Origin: Polyangiaceae bacterium
GTDB lineage: Bacteria; Myxococcota_A; Polyangia; Polyangiales; Polyangiaceae
Assembly (NCBI GenBank): GCA_029261965.1
Contig: JAJDAH010000357.1
Location: 1 to 42,672, forward strand
Direction of reading: 5' to 3'
Length of the DNA stretch: 42,672 nt
Both the position numbers and the translations under genes were made by a program. Below the pieces are notes generated by a model. The model searched no databases and was not told where the DNA came from. It saw only the letters and a list, made by a program, of their open reading frames with translations. Within the stretch, counting starts at the first letter, position 1. Every line of letters starts with the position of its first letter. Of this stretch, positions 8,621 to 17,842 are shown in pieces.

Positions 8621-9301
8621 ATGGCGATACGACTTCTCATCATCGACGACGACGAGCGTCTCTTCGAGTTGCTCGACTCGTATCTGTCGGAAAATGGTGT
8701 CGTCGCCACTCGTGCCGCGGACGGTAGACAGGGCTTCACGGCGCTCGAGCGAGACTCCTACGACGCAGTCTTGCTCGACATCATGATGCCGGGCATCGAT
8801 GGTCTCGAAGTACTCCGTCGCATTCGCGAGTCGAGCTCGATCCCGGTACTCATGCTCACCGCCAAGGGCGACGAAACCGACCGCGTGGTGGGCCTCGAGC
8901 TCGGCGCCGACGACTACGTCGCCAAGCCGTTCAGCCCGCGCGAGCTCCTCGCTCGCGTCAAAGCCGTGCTCCGAAGAGCCCAGCCCGACGCGGAAAAGGA
9001 ACGCCTTGCAGCCGGCGGACTCGTGGTGGAGGTCCCAACCCGGGAAGTTCGAGTCGATGGTGACCGCATCGACCTCACGGGCCTCGAGTTCGACCTGTTG
9101 GTCGCCCTGATGAGGCGAGCGGGTCGAGTCGTGCCGCGCGCTCGGCTCTTGTCCGAAGCAGGGCGCGACGAAGTGGTCAGCGAGAGAACCGTCGACGTTC
9201 ACATCTCCCATCTGCGGAGAAAGATTGGCGACGACCGGCGCGGCGCGCGACTCATCCAAACGGTGCGCGGCGTCGGTTACGTGCTCGCCCGGGACGCATG
9301 A
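8621..9301 (+). CDS. OmpR/PhoB-family response regulator
   Basis: A receiver domain (LLIIDDD...LLDIMMPGIDG...LMLTAKG) plus a winged-helix C-terminal domain. The ATG at 8621 was preferred over the upstream in-frame start. Confidence 0.85.
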   Translation: MAIRLLIIDDDERLFELLDSYLSENGVVATRAADGRQGFTALERDSYDAVLLDIMMPGIDGLEVLRRIRESSSIPVLMLTAKGDETDRVVGLELGADDYVAKPFSPRELLARVKAVLRRAQPDAEKERLAAGGLVVEVPTREVRVDGDRIDLTGLEFDLLVALMRRAGRVVPRARLLSEAGRDEVVSERTVDVHISHLRRKIGDDRRGARLIQTVRGVGYVLARDA

Positions 9302-10560
9302 GGCACCCAGGGCGCTGGGTCCGAGCGCGGCTCCATCGGCGGCTTTTTTTTTGGTTCGGCGCGGCGATAATCCTGACAGGAATCGTCACGGGGATCGTCG
9401 GAAGCATCGTCACTGCTGGCTCGGTATCGGATGTCGAGCGACTGCGCGCGTTCGCCAGCGACCAATTCGCCGAGGTCTGGGACGACCTCCCCAAACGCGA
9501 AGCGCTCGTCGAGAGGGTCCACCACGGATTCGAGGTGCGCGTCATCCTCGAGTCCCGAGCAGGAGAGGTGCTCGAACGCCGGGGAGAGAGTTGCCACAGC
9601 AAGGAGTACACGGTCGACATCGAGCGAGACGGCGTCGCGCTCGGAACATTGAAAATTTGCCGTGAACGCGAAACCGGTCGGCGCGGGGGATTTTTGGTCG
9701 TTCTATTCGCCGCCGGCGGCACCCTCTGGTTCATCGCCGCCGTGGTCGCGCACCGCGTCGTGCGGCCGCTTCGCGATCTGGTCCGGGTAACGAACGAAAT
9801 CGGCGCCGGAAAGCTGTCGAGCCGAGTGCGCCTCGGTCGCCACCACTCCGGCGAAGTGGGCGAGCTCGCCGAATCGGTCAACCTGATGGCAGAGCGCATC
9901 GAACGCCAGATCGAAGACCAACGCGAGTTGCTTGCCGGCGTGTCGCACGAGATCCGAACCCCGCTCACTCGTCTTCGGGTGCTCGTCGAGCTCGCGAGGG
10001 AACGCGGCGCGGAGGAAAAGACCCTCGACGGCCTCGAACGCGAGGTGCGCGAGCTCGACGACCTCGTTGGGCAACTCTTGGCGAGCTCCCGGCTCGAGTT
10101 CTCCGCCATGAACAAACGCGAGCTCCGCGCCAAGGACGTCGCTTCGCGGGCAATCGACCGGGCCGGGCTCGACCCCAGCGTCTTTTTCGACGACGCGCCG
10201 GACGCGAACATCGTCGGCGACGCGACGCTTCTGGGCCGAGCTCTCGCCAACCTGCTGGACAACGCGAGCCGGCACGGCGGCCGCGTGGTCGCCATGCGGC
10301 TACGCCGAGAGGAGGGCCAAGTCGTATTCGAGGTGGCCGACGATGGCGACGGCTTCCCCCCGGAATTTCTGCCGCGCGCGTTCGAAGCGTTCACCCGGAG
10401 CCCGACGCGGCCAGACGACCCGCGCGGCGGCTCCTCGCTGGGGCTGGGGCTCGCCCTGGTCAAGCGCATCGTCGCAGCGCACGGTGGCGTCCCGCACGCA
10501 GCGAACCGAACCGAAAAAGGCGCGCGCGTCGGCTTCCGATTACCCGAAAAACATGCATGA
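9298..10560 (+). CDS. sensor histidine kinase (2 TM, HAMP, HisKA, HATPase_c)
   Basis: An ATGA overlap with the regulator stop suggests translational coupling. SHEIRTPL H-box. N, G1 and G2 boxes (DNASRHGG, DDGDGFP, GLGLALV). Confidence 0.85.
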   Translation: MRHPGRWVRARLHRRLFFWFGAAIILTGIVTGIVGSIVTAGSVSDVERLRAFASDQFAEVWDDLPKREALVERVHHGFEVRVILESRAGEVLERRGESCHSKEYTVDIERDGVALGTLKICRERETGRRGGFLVVLFAAGGTLWFIAAVVAHRVVRPLRDLVRVTNEIGAGKLSSRVRLGRHHSGEVGELAESVNLMAERIERQIEDQRELLAGVSHEIRTPLTRLRVLVELARERGAEEKTLDGLEREVRELDDLVGQLLASSRLEFSAMNKRELRAKDVASRAIDRAGLDPSVFFDDAPDANIVGDATLLGRALANLLDNASRHGGRVVAMRLRREEGQVVFEVADDGDGFPPEFLPRAFEAFTRSPTRPDDPRGGSSLGLGLALVKRIVAAHGGVPHAANRTEKGARVGFRLPEKHA

Positions 10561-10678
10561 TCCTGTCGGTTTAGCCGCCACCGTGCCCCTCCGGCGACCT
10601 GCCCCCTGCCCTCGGGCAAACGTTGGCGCGTGCGGCGTGAGTCAGTGTATGTAGAATTTGTTCGCCTGGAGGTCCCTC

Positions 10679-11944
10679 ATGCGCGCCCACCTCGTCGCTT
10701 TGTCCGCCGCTTGTCTGTCCGCTGCGTTCTTTCTCGCCACTGGCTGCGGGTCGAGCAACGACGACTTCACGAACAGCGGGACCGCTGGCGGCGCCGCGTG
10801 CGTGGCCAACGAGGACTGCAGCGGCTGCGGCGACTGCTTGGAGCGCTGCATCTGCACGACCGGCCAAGCCGACACCTGCGCCGTGGCTTGTGGCGGCGGC
10901 GCCGGCGGCGCGACGGGCACGGGCGGCACGCCCGGCACGGGGGGAGGAGCCGTGGGCGGCAGTCCAGGCACGGGGGGAGGAGCCATGGGCGGCAGTCCAG
11001 GCACGGGCGGCATCGGCATGGGAGGAACGCCGGGGACCGGCGGCGCCACAGGCACTGGCGGCGGACCGACCGGCGGCACCGTCAAGCTGATCGCCATCGG
11101 CGACACCGGCGAAGGCAACGCGGACCAGAATTTGATCGCCGATCAGATGGACATCAAGTGCGCTGCCGTCGGCGGCTGCACCGCGGTGATCATGAACGGA
11201 GACAACTTCTACAACGACGGCGTTCAGAACGTGGACGACCCCCAATGGGGCCCCAAGTTCGAGCAAGCCTACGACCGGCCCAACCTCAATGGCCTCAAGT
11301 TCTACGCCACCCTCGGCAACCACGATCACGGGTTCACGAGCTCGGGCGTCGGGCAAGCGCAGATCGACTATTCGACCGCGCCGGTGGGAACGGGCCCTGG
11401 AACCCGCGCGAGCGACAAGTGGGTGATGCACGACTTTTGGTACGATGTCTCTTTCGGGGACGTGCACTTGTTCTCGATGGACACTCAAAACGGTGATCGA
11501 CCGCAGATCGATGACATGACGGCGCGGGTCGCCGCGTCCCCCTCGACCTGGAAAATCGTCTTTGGCCACCACCCCCGCTTCACGTCCGGCGATCACAACA
11601 AGGACAACTGGCTGGTCAACGGGGTTAACAATTACTACGCCGCGGCGGAGGCGATCTATTGCGGCGCCGACTTCTTTTTGACGGGCCACGACCACAACGT
11701 GGAGTGGATCGACGCCGGCCGCGATCCGAATTGCCCAGGCACGCACTTCGTCATCAGTGGCGCTGGCGCCAAGACGCGTAGCGGCGAGGTCCTGTTCGCC
11801 GCCGACGGACCAGCGGACAAGCAGCTCTACTACAACGACAGCATCGAGGCCTTCGCGTACTTCGAGTTCTCGGGCCGCACGCTGCACTTCGAGTTCATCG
11901 ACAAGAACGGGCAGATCCTGTTCATGCGCGATCTCCAGAAATAG
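10679..11944 (+). CDS. lipoprotein: Cys-rich module + Gly-rich linker + calcineurin-like metallophosphoesterase domain
   Basis: ATG at 10679 lies 7 nt after GGAGG. Signal plus lipobox LSAACLSAAFFLATGC. The Cys-rich segment is followed by a (GTGG/PGTGG)n linker encoded by a 30 bp tandem repeat. Phosphoesterase motifs GDTGE, GDNFY, GNHD, GHHP and GHDH are present. Confidence 0.8.
   Translation: MRAHLVALSAACLSAAFFLATGCGSSNDDFTNSGTAGGAACVANEDCSGCGDCLERCICTTGQADTCAVACGGGAGGATGTGGTPGTGGGAVGGSPGTGGGAMGGSPGTGGIGMGGTPGTGGATGTGGGPTGGTVKLIAIGDTGEGNADQNLIADQMDIKCAAVGGCTAVIMNGDNFYNDGVQNVDDPQWGPKFEQAYDRPNLNGLKFYATLGNHDHGFTSSGVGQAQIDYSTAPVGTGPGTRASDKWVMHDFWYDVSFGDVHLFSMDTQNGDRPQIDDMTARVAASPSTWKIVFGHHPRFTSGDHNKDNWLVNGVNNYYAAAEAIYCGADFFLTGHDHNVEWIDAGRDPNCPGTHFVISGAGAKTRSGEVLFAADGPADKQLYYNDSIEAFAYFEFSGRTLHFEFIDKNGQILFMRDLQK
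10950..11010. repeat. 30 bp tandem duplication in the phosphoesterase lipoprotein linker
   Basis: cacggggggaggagcc[ag]tgggcggcagtccagg occurs twice, encoding GTGGGA[VM]GGSP. Confidence 0.7.
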
Positions 11945-12036
11945 CTCGCGTCAGTCACGCACCAGCTCGCTGCAACCGCGTCAAAGGTATCTGTCTGGCT
12001 CCGCGCAAGCTTCGTTGTCGCGAACTGCGCGGGCCG

Positions 12037-12570
12037 TCATGGACGCGGGTCGCTCACCGTCGGGCAGTCATCGAGGTCGACGCACGGACCCCAGCACTGC
12101 CCGACGACCGCAGCCACCTGTCCGTCGGGGCAATCAGGCTCCGCGGCACGACAGGTCACCACCGATCGGTCGCAGTTGATGTCCAAAATGCAGCGCCCTC
12201 GCTCACAGAGCGGCGCGACGCGATCACCGATGCGCTGGCACGCCGGGATCGCGCAATCCGCAGGGCACAAGAGCAACGTTTCCTCGACGGGCACAGACTG
12301 ACACCTACAGCAGTCGTCGCCGAGCTTGCAGTCCGCCGGTGAGGAACACTCCGCACCGCCATTCCCGCCACCGCCGGTCGCACTGCCGCCGGCGCCGTCG
12401 CCCCCGGTACCGCCGGCCGAAGAGCCACCACCCGAAGTCGACGCGGTTCCACCCGACGACGTGGTAGATCCCCCGGTCCCACCGCCGTCGTCGGTCGTTC
12501 CGCCGCACGCCACCGCCATTGCGCCCCACGAGACCGCCATTTTGAGTCTCCAGATCGCCCAACCACGCAT
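12037..12570 (-). CDS. Cys-rich lipoprotein with Gly/Ser/Thr linker
   Basis: ATG at 12570 lies 5 nt after GGAGG. Signal MRGWAIWRLKMAVSWGAMAVAC. A Gly-rich linker is followed by a domain with ~20 Cys. Confidence 0.6.
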   Translation of the reverse strand: MRGWAIWRLKMAVSWGAMAVACGGTTDDGGGTGGSTTSSGGTASTSGGGSSAGGTGGDGAGGSATGGGGNGGAECSSPADCKLGDDCCRCQSVPVEETLLLCPADCAIPACQRIGDRVAPLCERGRCILDINCDRSVVTCRAAEPDCPDGQVAAVVGQCWGPCVDLDDCPTVSDPRP

Positions 12571-12669
12571 GTTTGCCTCCGCGGTCACCATAGCCGGCGG
12601 CCCGCCTGATGCCAGCTCCGTTCGACACGAGCGAGTCTGGCCATCCCCGGTGCGGGGCCAGGCGGCATC

Positions 12670-12927
12670 GTGACGCCGTCGATGGATCACCTCTCGCCCA
12701 CTGCCCAGCAAATCGGCCCATGGGTGGCGCTACTGCTCGGGTGGCTGCTACCGGGGGCGCCTCAGCTCGTGATGGGACAAAGGAGCAAAGGCGCGTTCTT
12801 GTTCTTCGTTTGCATTTTCACGTGCTGGGGCTTCGGTTTAGGCGCCCTCGTCGTCGGAATCGACGCCTTCCGAATCGCTCGGAGACTCGCTCGCGACGAG
12901 GCTCTCGAAGAATGGCAGTTTTTCTGA
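12670..12927 (+). CDS. small TM2-domain-like membrane protein (85 aa)
   Basis: Two hydrophobic helices (WVALLLGWLLPGAPQLVMG...FLFFVCIFTCWGFGLGALVVGI). A GTG start at 12670 with an alternative ATG at 12682. The stop overlaps the next start (TGATG). Confidence 0.45.
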   Translation: MTPSMDHLSPTAQQIGPWVALLLGWLLPGAPQLVMGQRSKGAFLFFVCIFTCWGFGLGALVVGIDAFRIARRLARDEALEEWQFF

Positions 12928-13466
12928 TGAGCTCAGAGAAGATCGCGCTGTTCGAGTCGCTGGCCAGTGCGGCGCCGCCCCGTTCGATGGTGCCATATCG
13001 ACCGTTGGCGACGTCAGTGCACCGCGTTTGCGCCATGATTTCGGCCGGCCTCCTGTTGACGTTCCCCGGTGGTTTCGGAATCGTCAGCCTAGCCATCGGC
13101 GTTTGGAAGAACGACACGAATCTCGTCGTCTCCGGCGCTGGTCTGTTGGTCATGTGGCTCGTGGTCACCCTTTTACTGTGGCTCGTGTTGTGGACGGAGC
13201 AGCTTCGGCTGGAACGGGTGCTACGCCACGGCTCGCCATGTTCAGCGACGCTCTTTTTCTCCGGGGCATCCTACTTGGTGAGCTTTCGCGACTCCCGCGG
13301 ACAGGAGCGAGTCGGCGTCTTGGGCATGGGCGAGAAGGCCCCCGAGTATTGGGGAGCCGGAGCCGTGACGATTCTGCACAGCACGGAGCACCCCGACGAG
13401 CTCGCGCTGGTCGCACGGAAGAAGCACCAGCTCGTGTCAGTGAAAATTCGGCCGCCGCGACCTTGA
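12927..13466 (+). CDS. hypothetical membrane protein (2 TM + soluble C-terminal domain)
   Basis: An ATG at 12927 overlaps the stop of the upstream small ORF. TM segments MISAGLLLTFPGGFGIVSLAIGVW and LVVSGAGLLVMWLVVTLLLWLVLW. Confidence 0.45.
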   Translation: MSSEKIALFESLASAAPPRSMVPYRPLATSVHRVCAMISAGLLLTFPGGFGIVSLAIGVWKNDTNLVVSGAGLLVMWLVVTLLLWLVLWTEQLRLERVLRHGSPCSATLFFSGASYLVSFRDSRGQERVGVLGMGEKAPEYWGAGAVTILHSTEHPDELALVARKKHQLVSVKIRPPRP

Positions 13467-13573
13467 AAACGAGCGACAGCTGCTCGAACGCCGCGGTGCA
13501 CCAGCAGCTTCTCGCGTTGAAGACCGTCGAGAACGCGGATCACGCCCGAATAGGCGTCGTTGAATTCTTCGAT

Positions 13574-14296
13574 TCAGCAGCAGCCTTTCGCCTCGGTGCG
13601 TTCGTCCCCGCAACACACTAGGTCATAGGCGAAAGCTCCGAGGGCGGCACCGACGAGGGGACCCGCGAAGTACACCCAGAGGTGCGCGACTTCTCCGGAA
13701 GCGAGCGCGGGCCCGAGAGTGCGCGCCGGATTCATGGAGGCGCCCGAAATCGGTCCTCCGAACACCGCGGCGAGCGCCACCGTTCCTCCGATCGCGACCG
13801 CAGCCATCCCGCCGCTCGCCCGTGCGTCCGTAGCCACCGCGGTGATGACGAACATCAGAAAAAATGTGAGCACGGTCTCGAGCGCCAGCGACTGGTTGGC
13901 CGACGCGATGGGCACCGTGGCTCCGACTCCTCCGACCTGACCCAGAATGAGCACGAGCAGCGTGGCTGCGAGCCACGCCGCTGCGAATTGGCCGATCAAA
14001 TAGGGCAGTACTTGCCGCCAGGGGAAACGCCCCGTCGCCGCAAAGGCAATGGTGACCGCCGGGTTGAAGTGCGCACCGGAGACGTGGCCGGTGGCAAAAA
14101 TCATGACCATGATGACCAAGCCAAAAGCTGCCGAGACACCGACGTGGGTGACCCCACCGTTCGTCATTTCGTTGACCATGACCGCGCCGCAACCCACGAA
14201 CACGAGCCCGAACGTGCCAATCATTTCGGCGCCGACTTTGCGCGCCAGTAACCCCGGGGACAACTCCGACGAGCATAACTCCGGCGCGCGACTCAT
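13574..14296 (-). CDS. MIP-family channel (aquaporin/aquaglyceroporin)
   Basis: Two NPA boxes (SGAHFNPAVT and NPART) and six predicted TM helices. The ATG at 14296 overlaps the arsR stop (ATGA). The longer start at 14329 would overlap arsR by 37 bp. Confidence 0.85.
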   Translation of the reverse strand: MSRAPELCSSELSPGLLARKVGAEMIGTFGLVFVGCGAVMVNEMTNGGVTHVGVSAAFGLVIMVMIFATGHVSGAHFNPAVTIAFAATGRFPWRQVLPYLIGQFAAAWLAATLLVLILGQVGGVGATVPIASANQSLALETVLTFFLMFVITAVATDARASGGMAAVAIGGTVALAAVFGGPISGASMNPARTLGPALASGEVAHLWVYFAGPLVGAALGAFAYDLVCCGDERTEAKGCC

Positions 14297-14679
14297 GACT
14301 TGTTCCTCTTTTTGGTTGCCGGCTTGCACGAGACGTCGCGGCAGACGCGACGAGCGCGCTGGATGTCGCTTCGCGCCCGCGAGTCCGAGCGAAGCGCCGA
14401 CTGAACGGCTACCGTGAGTGCGCCCGCCGCGCTCTGTTGCTCGCTACTCAGCCGGTAGTAGATCCAGGTCGCATCGCGCTCGTCCTCGACGATGCCTACG
14501 TGCTTGAGGTGGCCGAGATGCCGCGACGCTTTGGACTGCGAAATTCGGAGCGTTTGCTCGATGTCGCAAACACAAAGCTGCCCGTAGTGACCGAGCAGAT
14601 TGACGATGCGAAGCCGGGTCTCGTCACCGAGCGCCTTGTGTACCCGGGCGAGCTGGCCCATATATTCGTTTACCCGCAT
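14293..14679 (-). CDS. arsR: ArsR/SmtB-family metalloregulator
   Basis: A wHTH with an LCVCDI metal(loid)-binding Cys pair in the position typical of ArsR. An internal ATG at 14679 was chosen; the N-terminal extension of the long ORF is Ser/Arg-rich junk. A GAGGGA SD lies ~11 nt upstream. Confidence 0.8.
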   Translation of the reverse strand: MRVNEYMGQLARVHKALGDETRLRIVNLLGHYGQLCVCDIEQTLRISQSKASRHLGHLKHVGIVEDERDATWIYYRLSSEQQSAAGALTVAVQSALRSDSRARSDIQRARRVCRDVSCKPATKKRNKS

Positions 14680-14782
14680 GTACGGATGTATCCCTCGGCC
14701 GGCCCCGAGAACGCAAGCGCACCGTTGTTCCGCCGCTATGGCCAAAGGCCCGGGCGAATCCGAGCGACGGCCCATCGCTGAC

Positions 14783-16327
14783 TCATTGGAGCTCGGAAAT
14801 CCTGCCGTCGTTTCCGATGAGATAGCTACCTCGAGCGGGTGGGCCGTACGCGACGTCGACTCGAAACAGCTCGAACAGCACCTGGTGGCTCCGATTCCAT
14901 GTCCCCAGCGGCATGATCTCGATCGGCATGAACCCATCGACGAAGGTGCGGCGCGCTGGCGGCTGGGCTTCGAGTAGCCGCAGATCCGTCTCGAGATTGG
15001 CGAAGTACCTCCGCGCCACGGCTGACGCCGGGAAACGACTGTCGACCAGGCTCGCGAACTGCTCGTAAGACGACGCAGCCACGCCGAGAACGAGGACCGC
15101 GGCGAGCACGCGAGGGGCAAATTCGGGAGGCCGCCAGATGGCCGTCAATCGTGGAATCGTGGCCTGCACAGCCATCGCCAGGAACAAGACCAGGAGAAAC
15201 AGCAACTCGAAATAGTACCGATACGCGAAGGCGACGAAGTGACCGTATGCGGCCGCGCGATCCGAAAGGCCGAGGACTGCGATGTTCGTGCTGATGGTAA
15301 CCAGCGCCGCAAGCCAAACAATCGCGTTCCTCGGCCTGAGAGCCACGGTCAGGGCGACGATAGCCGCCCAACAGAGCCAGAGGCCCAAGGAGATCCCTTG
15401 CACGGTCCCGAGCACGCGGCCCATCGTGCTTTCGATCAGCACGGACCAGCTCAGGCGCTGGAACTCGAGCTGAAACGCCAAGCTCAGATGCACGCGTGTC
15501 GCGTACTCGCCGGCGTGATGTCCGACCGCCGCCGTGTAGGCCAAACTCACGAGCCCACCGACCACAAGCAACCAGGCGCCGCGGGGCCGCAAGCGGTATC
15601 CAGGCGACGCTAGACTCACCGTCACCGCCGCCAGGTATAGGGGGATGAGCATCGCCTTCGGGTAGAAGCCAAAAGCAGCGACGAAACACGCAGCCACGCC
15701 ATAGAGCGACTGCCGCTGGCCGAGCTTCAAGTGTCGGACCCAGTAGTAGATCGCCATGATCGAGAGCGCGATGTAGGGCAACCGGTGCAAGCCGGACGAC
15801 CACCACATGAGGAGCACGCCGACGTAGACGTGAGTCGCGTAGGCGGCGACGAAGACGAGGTTGACCCAGGAGCGTTGGAGCAACTGGAGCGTTCGGTGCA
15901 GATAGACGACACCTAGGGCGTGGAACAGCAACAAGCACAGAACGGCGATCGGAAACTTCATCGGGGCGACGCCGTCGACGACGAAAGACGCCAGTCGATG
16001 GAGCGGAACGACATGCACGTTGATCGGGTTGAATAGATACGCACCCATCGATTGCTTCCGCGCGTACCAGAACCCGAGCAAATCGTCGCCGACGTAGTGG
16101 CCGTGGGTCAGCACCAGCCAGGCGACCAAAAAGAGTTGCACGCTGGCGGTCAGCCCGACGAGAGCGCCAACGGCACGCCGTCGGGTAGAGGTTCCCCATG
16201 AAGTTGAGCGCAAAGATCGACTCCTCGGTGGAGGCGCCGGATCTCCGGGGTGGGCCTCGAGACCACCGCATAAGAAAGAACCGTGCCGACTCGCGTGTGG
16301 CTTCTCCGTCGGCGAACGGACGGTCAA
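14783..16327 (-). CDS. polytopic integral membrane protein (>=10 TM), possible GT-C-type glycosyltransferase
   Basis: Many hydrophobic helices followed by a ~100 aa soluble C-terminal region. There is no ATG near the start of the hydrophobic region, so the start is uncertain. The overlapping ORF 14826-16538 is Arg-rich and rejected. Confidence 0.45.
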   Translation of the reverse strand: MTVRSPTEKPHASRHGSFLCGGLEAHPGDPAPPPRSRSLRSTSWGTSTRRRAVGALVGLTASVQLFLVAWLVLTHGHYVGDDLLGFWYARKQSMGAYLFNPINVHVVPLHRLASFVVDGVAPMKFPIAVLCLLLFHALGVVYLHRTLQLLQRSWVNLVFVAAYATHVYVGVLLMWWSSGLHRLPYIALSIMAIYYWVRHLKLGQRQSLYGVAACFVAAFGFYPKAMLIPLYLAAVTVSLASPGYRLRPRGAWLLVVGGLVSLAYTAAVGHHAGEYATRVHLSLAFQLEFQRLSWSVLIESTMGRVLGTVQGISLGLWLCWAAIVALTVALRPRNAIVWLAALVTISTNIAVLGLSDRAAAYGHFVAFAYRYYFELLFLLVLFLAMAVQATIPRLTAIWRPPEFAPRVLAAVLVLGVAASSYEQFASLVDSRFPASAVARRYFANLETDLRLLEAQPPARRTFVDGFMPIEIMPLGTWNRSHQVLFELFRVDVAYGPPARGSYLIGNDGRISELQ

Positions 16328-16522
16328 TAGCGGTCGTCGGCCGCATGGCAGCTCGCGCGGCGCCAGAGTGTTTGGGCATCACAGGACAGGTGCCCGAGAC
16401 AGTGGAGCAGCTGGCCGCAACAAGACTTGGCTGTCCCGCAGCCGAACCGCCGTCGTCGCAGCCGGAATCCTCCCCGCGCGCGGACACCTGCCGTCCTTGG
16501 TAGGCTCGGAACGCACGCCCTG

Positions 16523-17803
16523 ATGCCCCAGCAAACAACGGTCGAGCCGCTCACCGATCCCCAACCGCCCCGAGCCGGCGAGACGCGCGAGCTCGTCGTG
16601 GTGTTCAGCGCCGACGAAACGTGCGTTGGCCGGCGCCAGCAGCTCGACGAGCGCTCGGTGCTGCCGATTGGCCGCGAAGTATCTGGCGGGCTCGAGATTG
16701 TGGACGCCGCAATGAGCCGACTTCATGCCCAGCTGACGTGGGACCCCCGCTACAAGACCCATCGCATTGGTGACGCGAACAGCGCTAACGGCTGCTTTGT
16801 CAACGCCAAGCGCGTGCGCACATCCCCGCTCGACGCTGGAGACGTGATTCGCCTCGGCGATACGCTGCTCGTGTACCGGGACGACGAGCTCATGCCGCGC
16901 ATTCGTGAACGCGCGGACTCGATCGCCGAATCGGACCTCAACGTGCTCGTGCTCGGCCCGACCGGCAGCGGCAAGGAGGTGCTCGCCCGACGAATCCACG
17001 ATCGATCGAGACGAAGCGGGGAAATCACCGCCGTCAATTGTGGAGCCATCCCCCGAGAGCTCGTGGGGTCGGAGCTGTTCGGCCACGCCAAGGGGGCGTT
17101 CTCCGGCGCCGTCAGCGACCGCGAGGGATTGTTCCTGACGGCGGGAAAGGGAACGGTGTTTCTCGACGAGGTCGCCGAGCTCAAACCCGACATTCAAGCG
17201 GCGCTCCTGCGTGTGCTTCAGGAACGCACCGTGCGCCCGGTGGGTTCCGACCGAGAGGAAAAGTTCACGGGTAGAGTCATCAGCGCGACCAACGTGGATC
17301 TCGAAGCGGCGACTCGCGACGGCAAGTTTCGGGCGGACCTTTTTGCGCGGCTGTCGGAGGTCAGGCTGACTCTTCCGTCGCTAGCGGACCGCAAACACGA
17401 GGTACTCGCACTGATGCGGGAGTTTCTCGAACGCGAACGCGCCGCGGCGACGTTGACCCCCGACGCTGCAGAGGCCCTGCTGGTGTACGACTGGCCCTAC
17501 AACGTGCGCGAGCTCGAATCGTTGGCAAGCGAATGCGCCACGGACAAGCGGTCACCCAGGCTCGATTTGTCGCGGCTCGACGAAATGAAACCCGAAGCCG
17601 TCGACCCGTTCAACCAGGCGCGAACCGAGGTGAACGAGGACGAGGGACCGCAGCCGTCAAACATCGATCGCGACAAGCTCAAGGAGTCGTTGAAGAAGCA
17701 CTCGGGGAACGTGGCAGCGGCAGCACGCGAGCTCGGCAAGCCGAGGAGCTTCGTGTACCGCTGGATGAAAGCACTCGGTGTTTCGCCGCGCGACTTTCGC
17801 TGA
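16523..17803 (+). CDS. sigma54-dependent transcriptional activator with N-terminal FHA domain (FHA-AAA+-Fis HTH)
   Basis: FHA-like segment (VGRRQQLDERSVLPIG...GDVIRLGDTLLVY). Walker A GPTGSGKE, a GAFSGA sigma54-contact motif (GAFTGA variant), ESELFGH, and a C-terminal HTH (NVAAAARELGKPRSFVYRWMK). ATG at 16523. Confidence 0.8.
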   Translation: MPQQTTVEPLTDPQPPRAGETRELVVVFSADETCVGRRQQLDERSVLPIGREVSGGLEIVDAAMSRLHAQLTWDPRYKTHRIGDANSANGCFVNAKRVRTSPLDAGDVIRLGDTLLVYRDDELMPRIRERADSIAESDLNVLVLGPTGSGKEVLARRIHDRSRRSGEITAVNCGAIPRELVGSELFGHAKGAFSGAVSDREGLFLTAGKGTVFLDEVAELKPDIQAALLRVLQERTVRPVGSDREEKFTGRVISATNVDLEAATRDGKFRADLFARLSEVRLTLPSLADRKHEVLALMREFLERERAAATLTPDAAEALLVYDWPYNVRELESLASECATDKRSPRLDLSRLDEMKPEAVDPFNQARTEVNEDEGPQPSNIDRDKLKESLKKHSGNVAAAARELGKPRSFVYRWMKALGVSPRDFR

Positions 17804-17842
17804 CGAGGGCGGCGCGCGAGCGCGTGCTACTCTCGTCTACTC

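Noticed and set aside
10620-10660. Possible sigma70-like promoter (TTGGCG ... TAGAAT) upstream of the phosphoesterase lipoprotein
   Set aside because: The spacing is 19-24 nt depending on alignment. Myxobacterial promoters are poorly defined, so this is too uncertain to call.
10571-11887. 438 aa minus-strand ORF and 288 aa plus-strand ORF (10630-11496)
   Set aside because: Both are Arg/Ala-rich with no recognisable domains. The phosphoesterase frame on the plus strand carries five conserved metallophosphoesterase motifs and a lipoprotein signal.
14661-14700. Apparent palindrome around the arsR start (TACATCCGTACATGCGGGTA)
   Set aside because: On careful reverse-complementing only 4/6 positions per half-site match, and it overlaps the start codon. 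It was not called as an operator. The real operator is more likely in 14680-14782.
14826-16538. 570 aa minus-strand ORF
   Set aside because: Arg-rich junk in an alternate frame of the polytopic membrane protein gene. It extends into the FHA-EBP promoter region.
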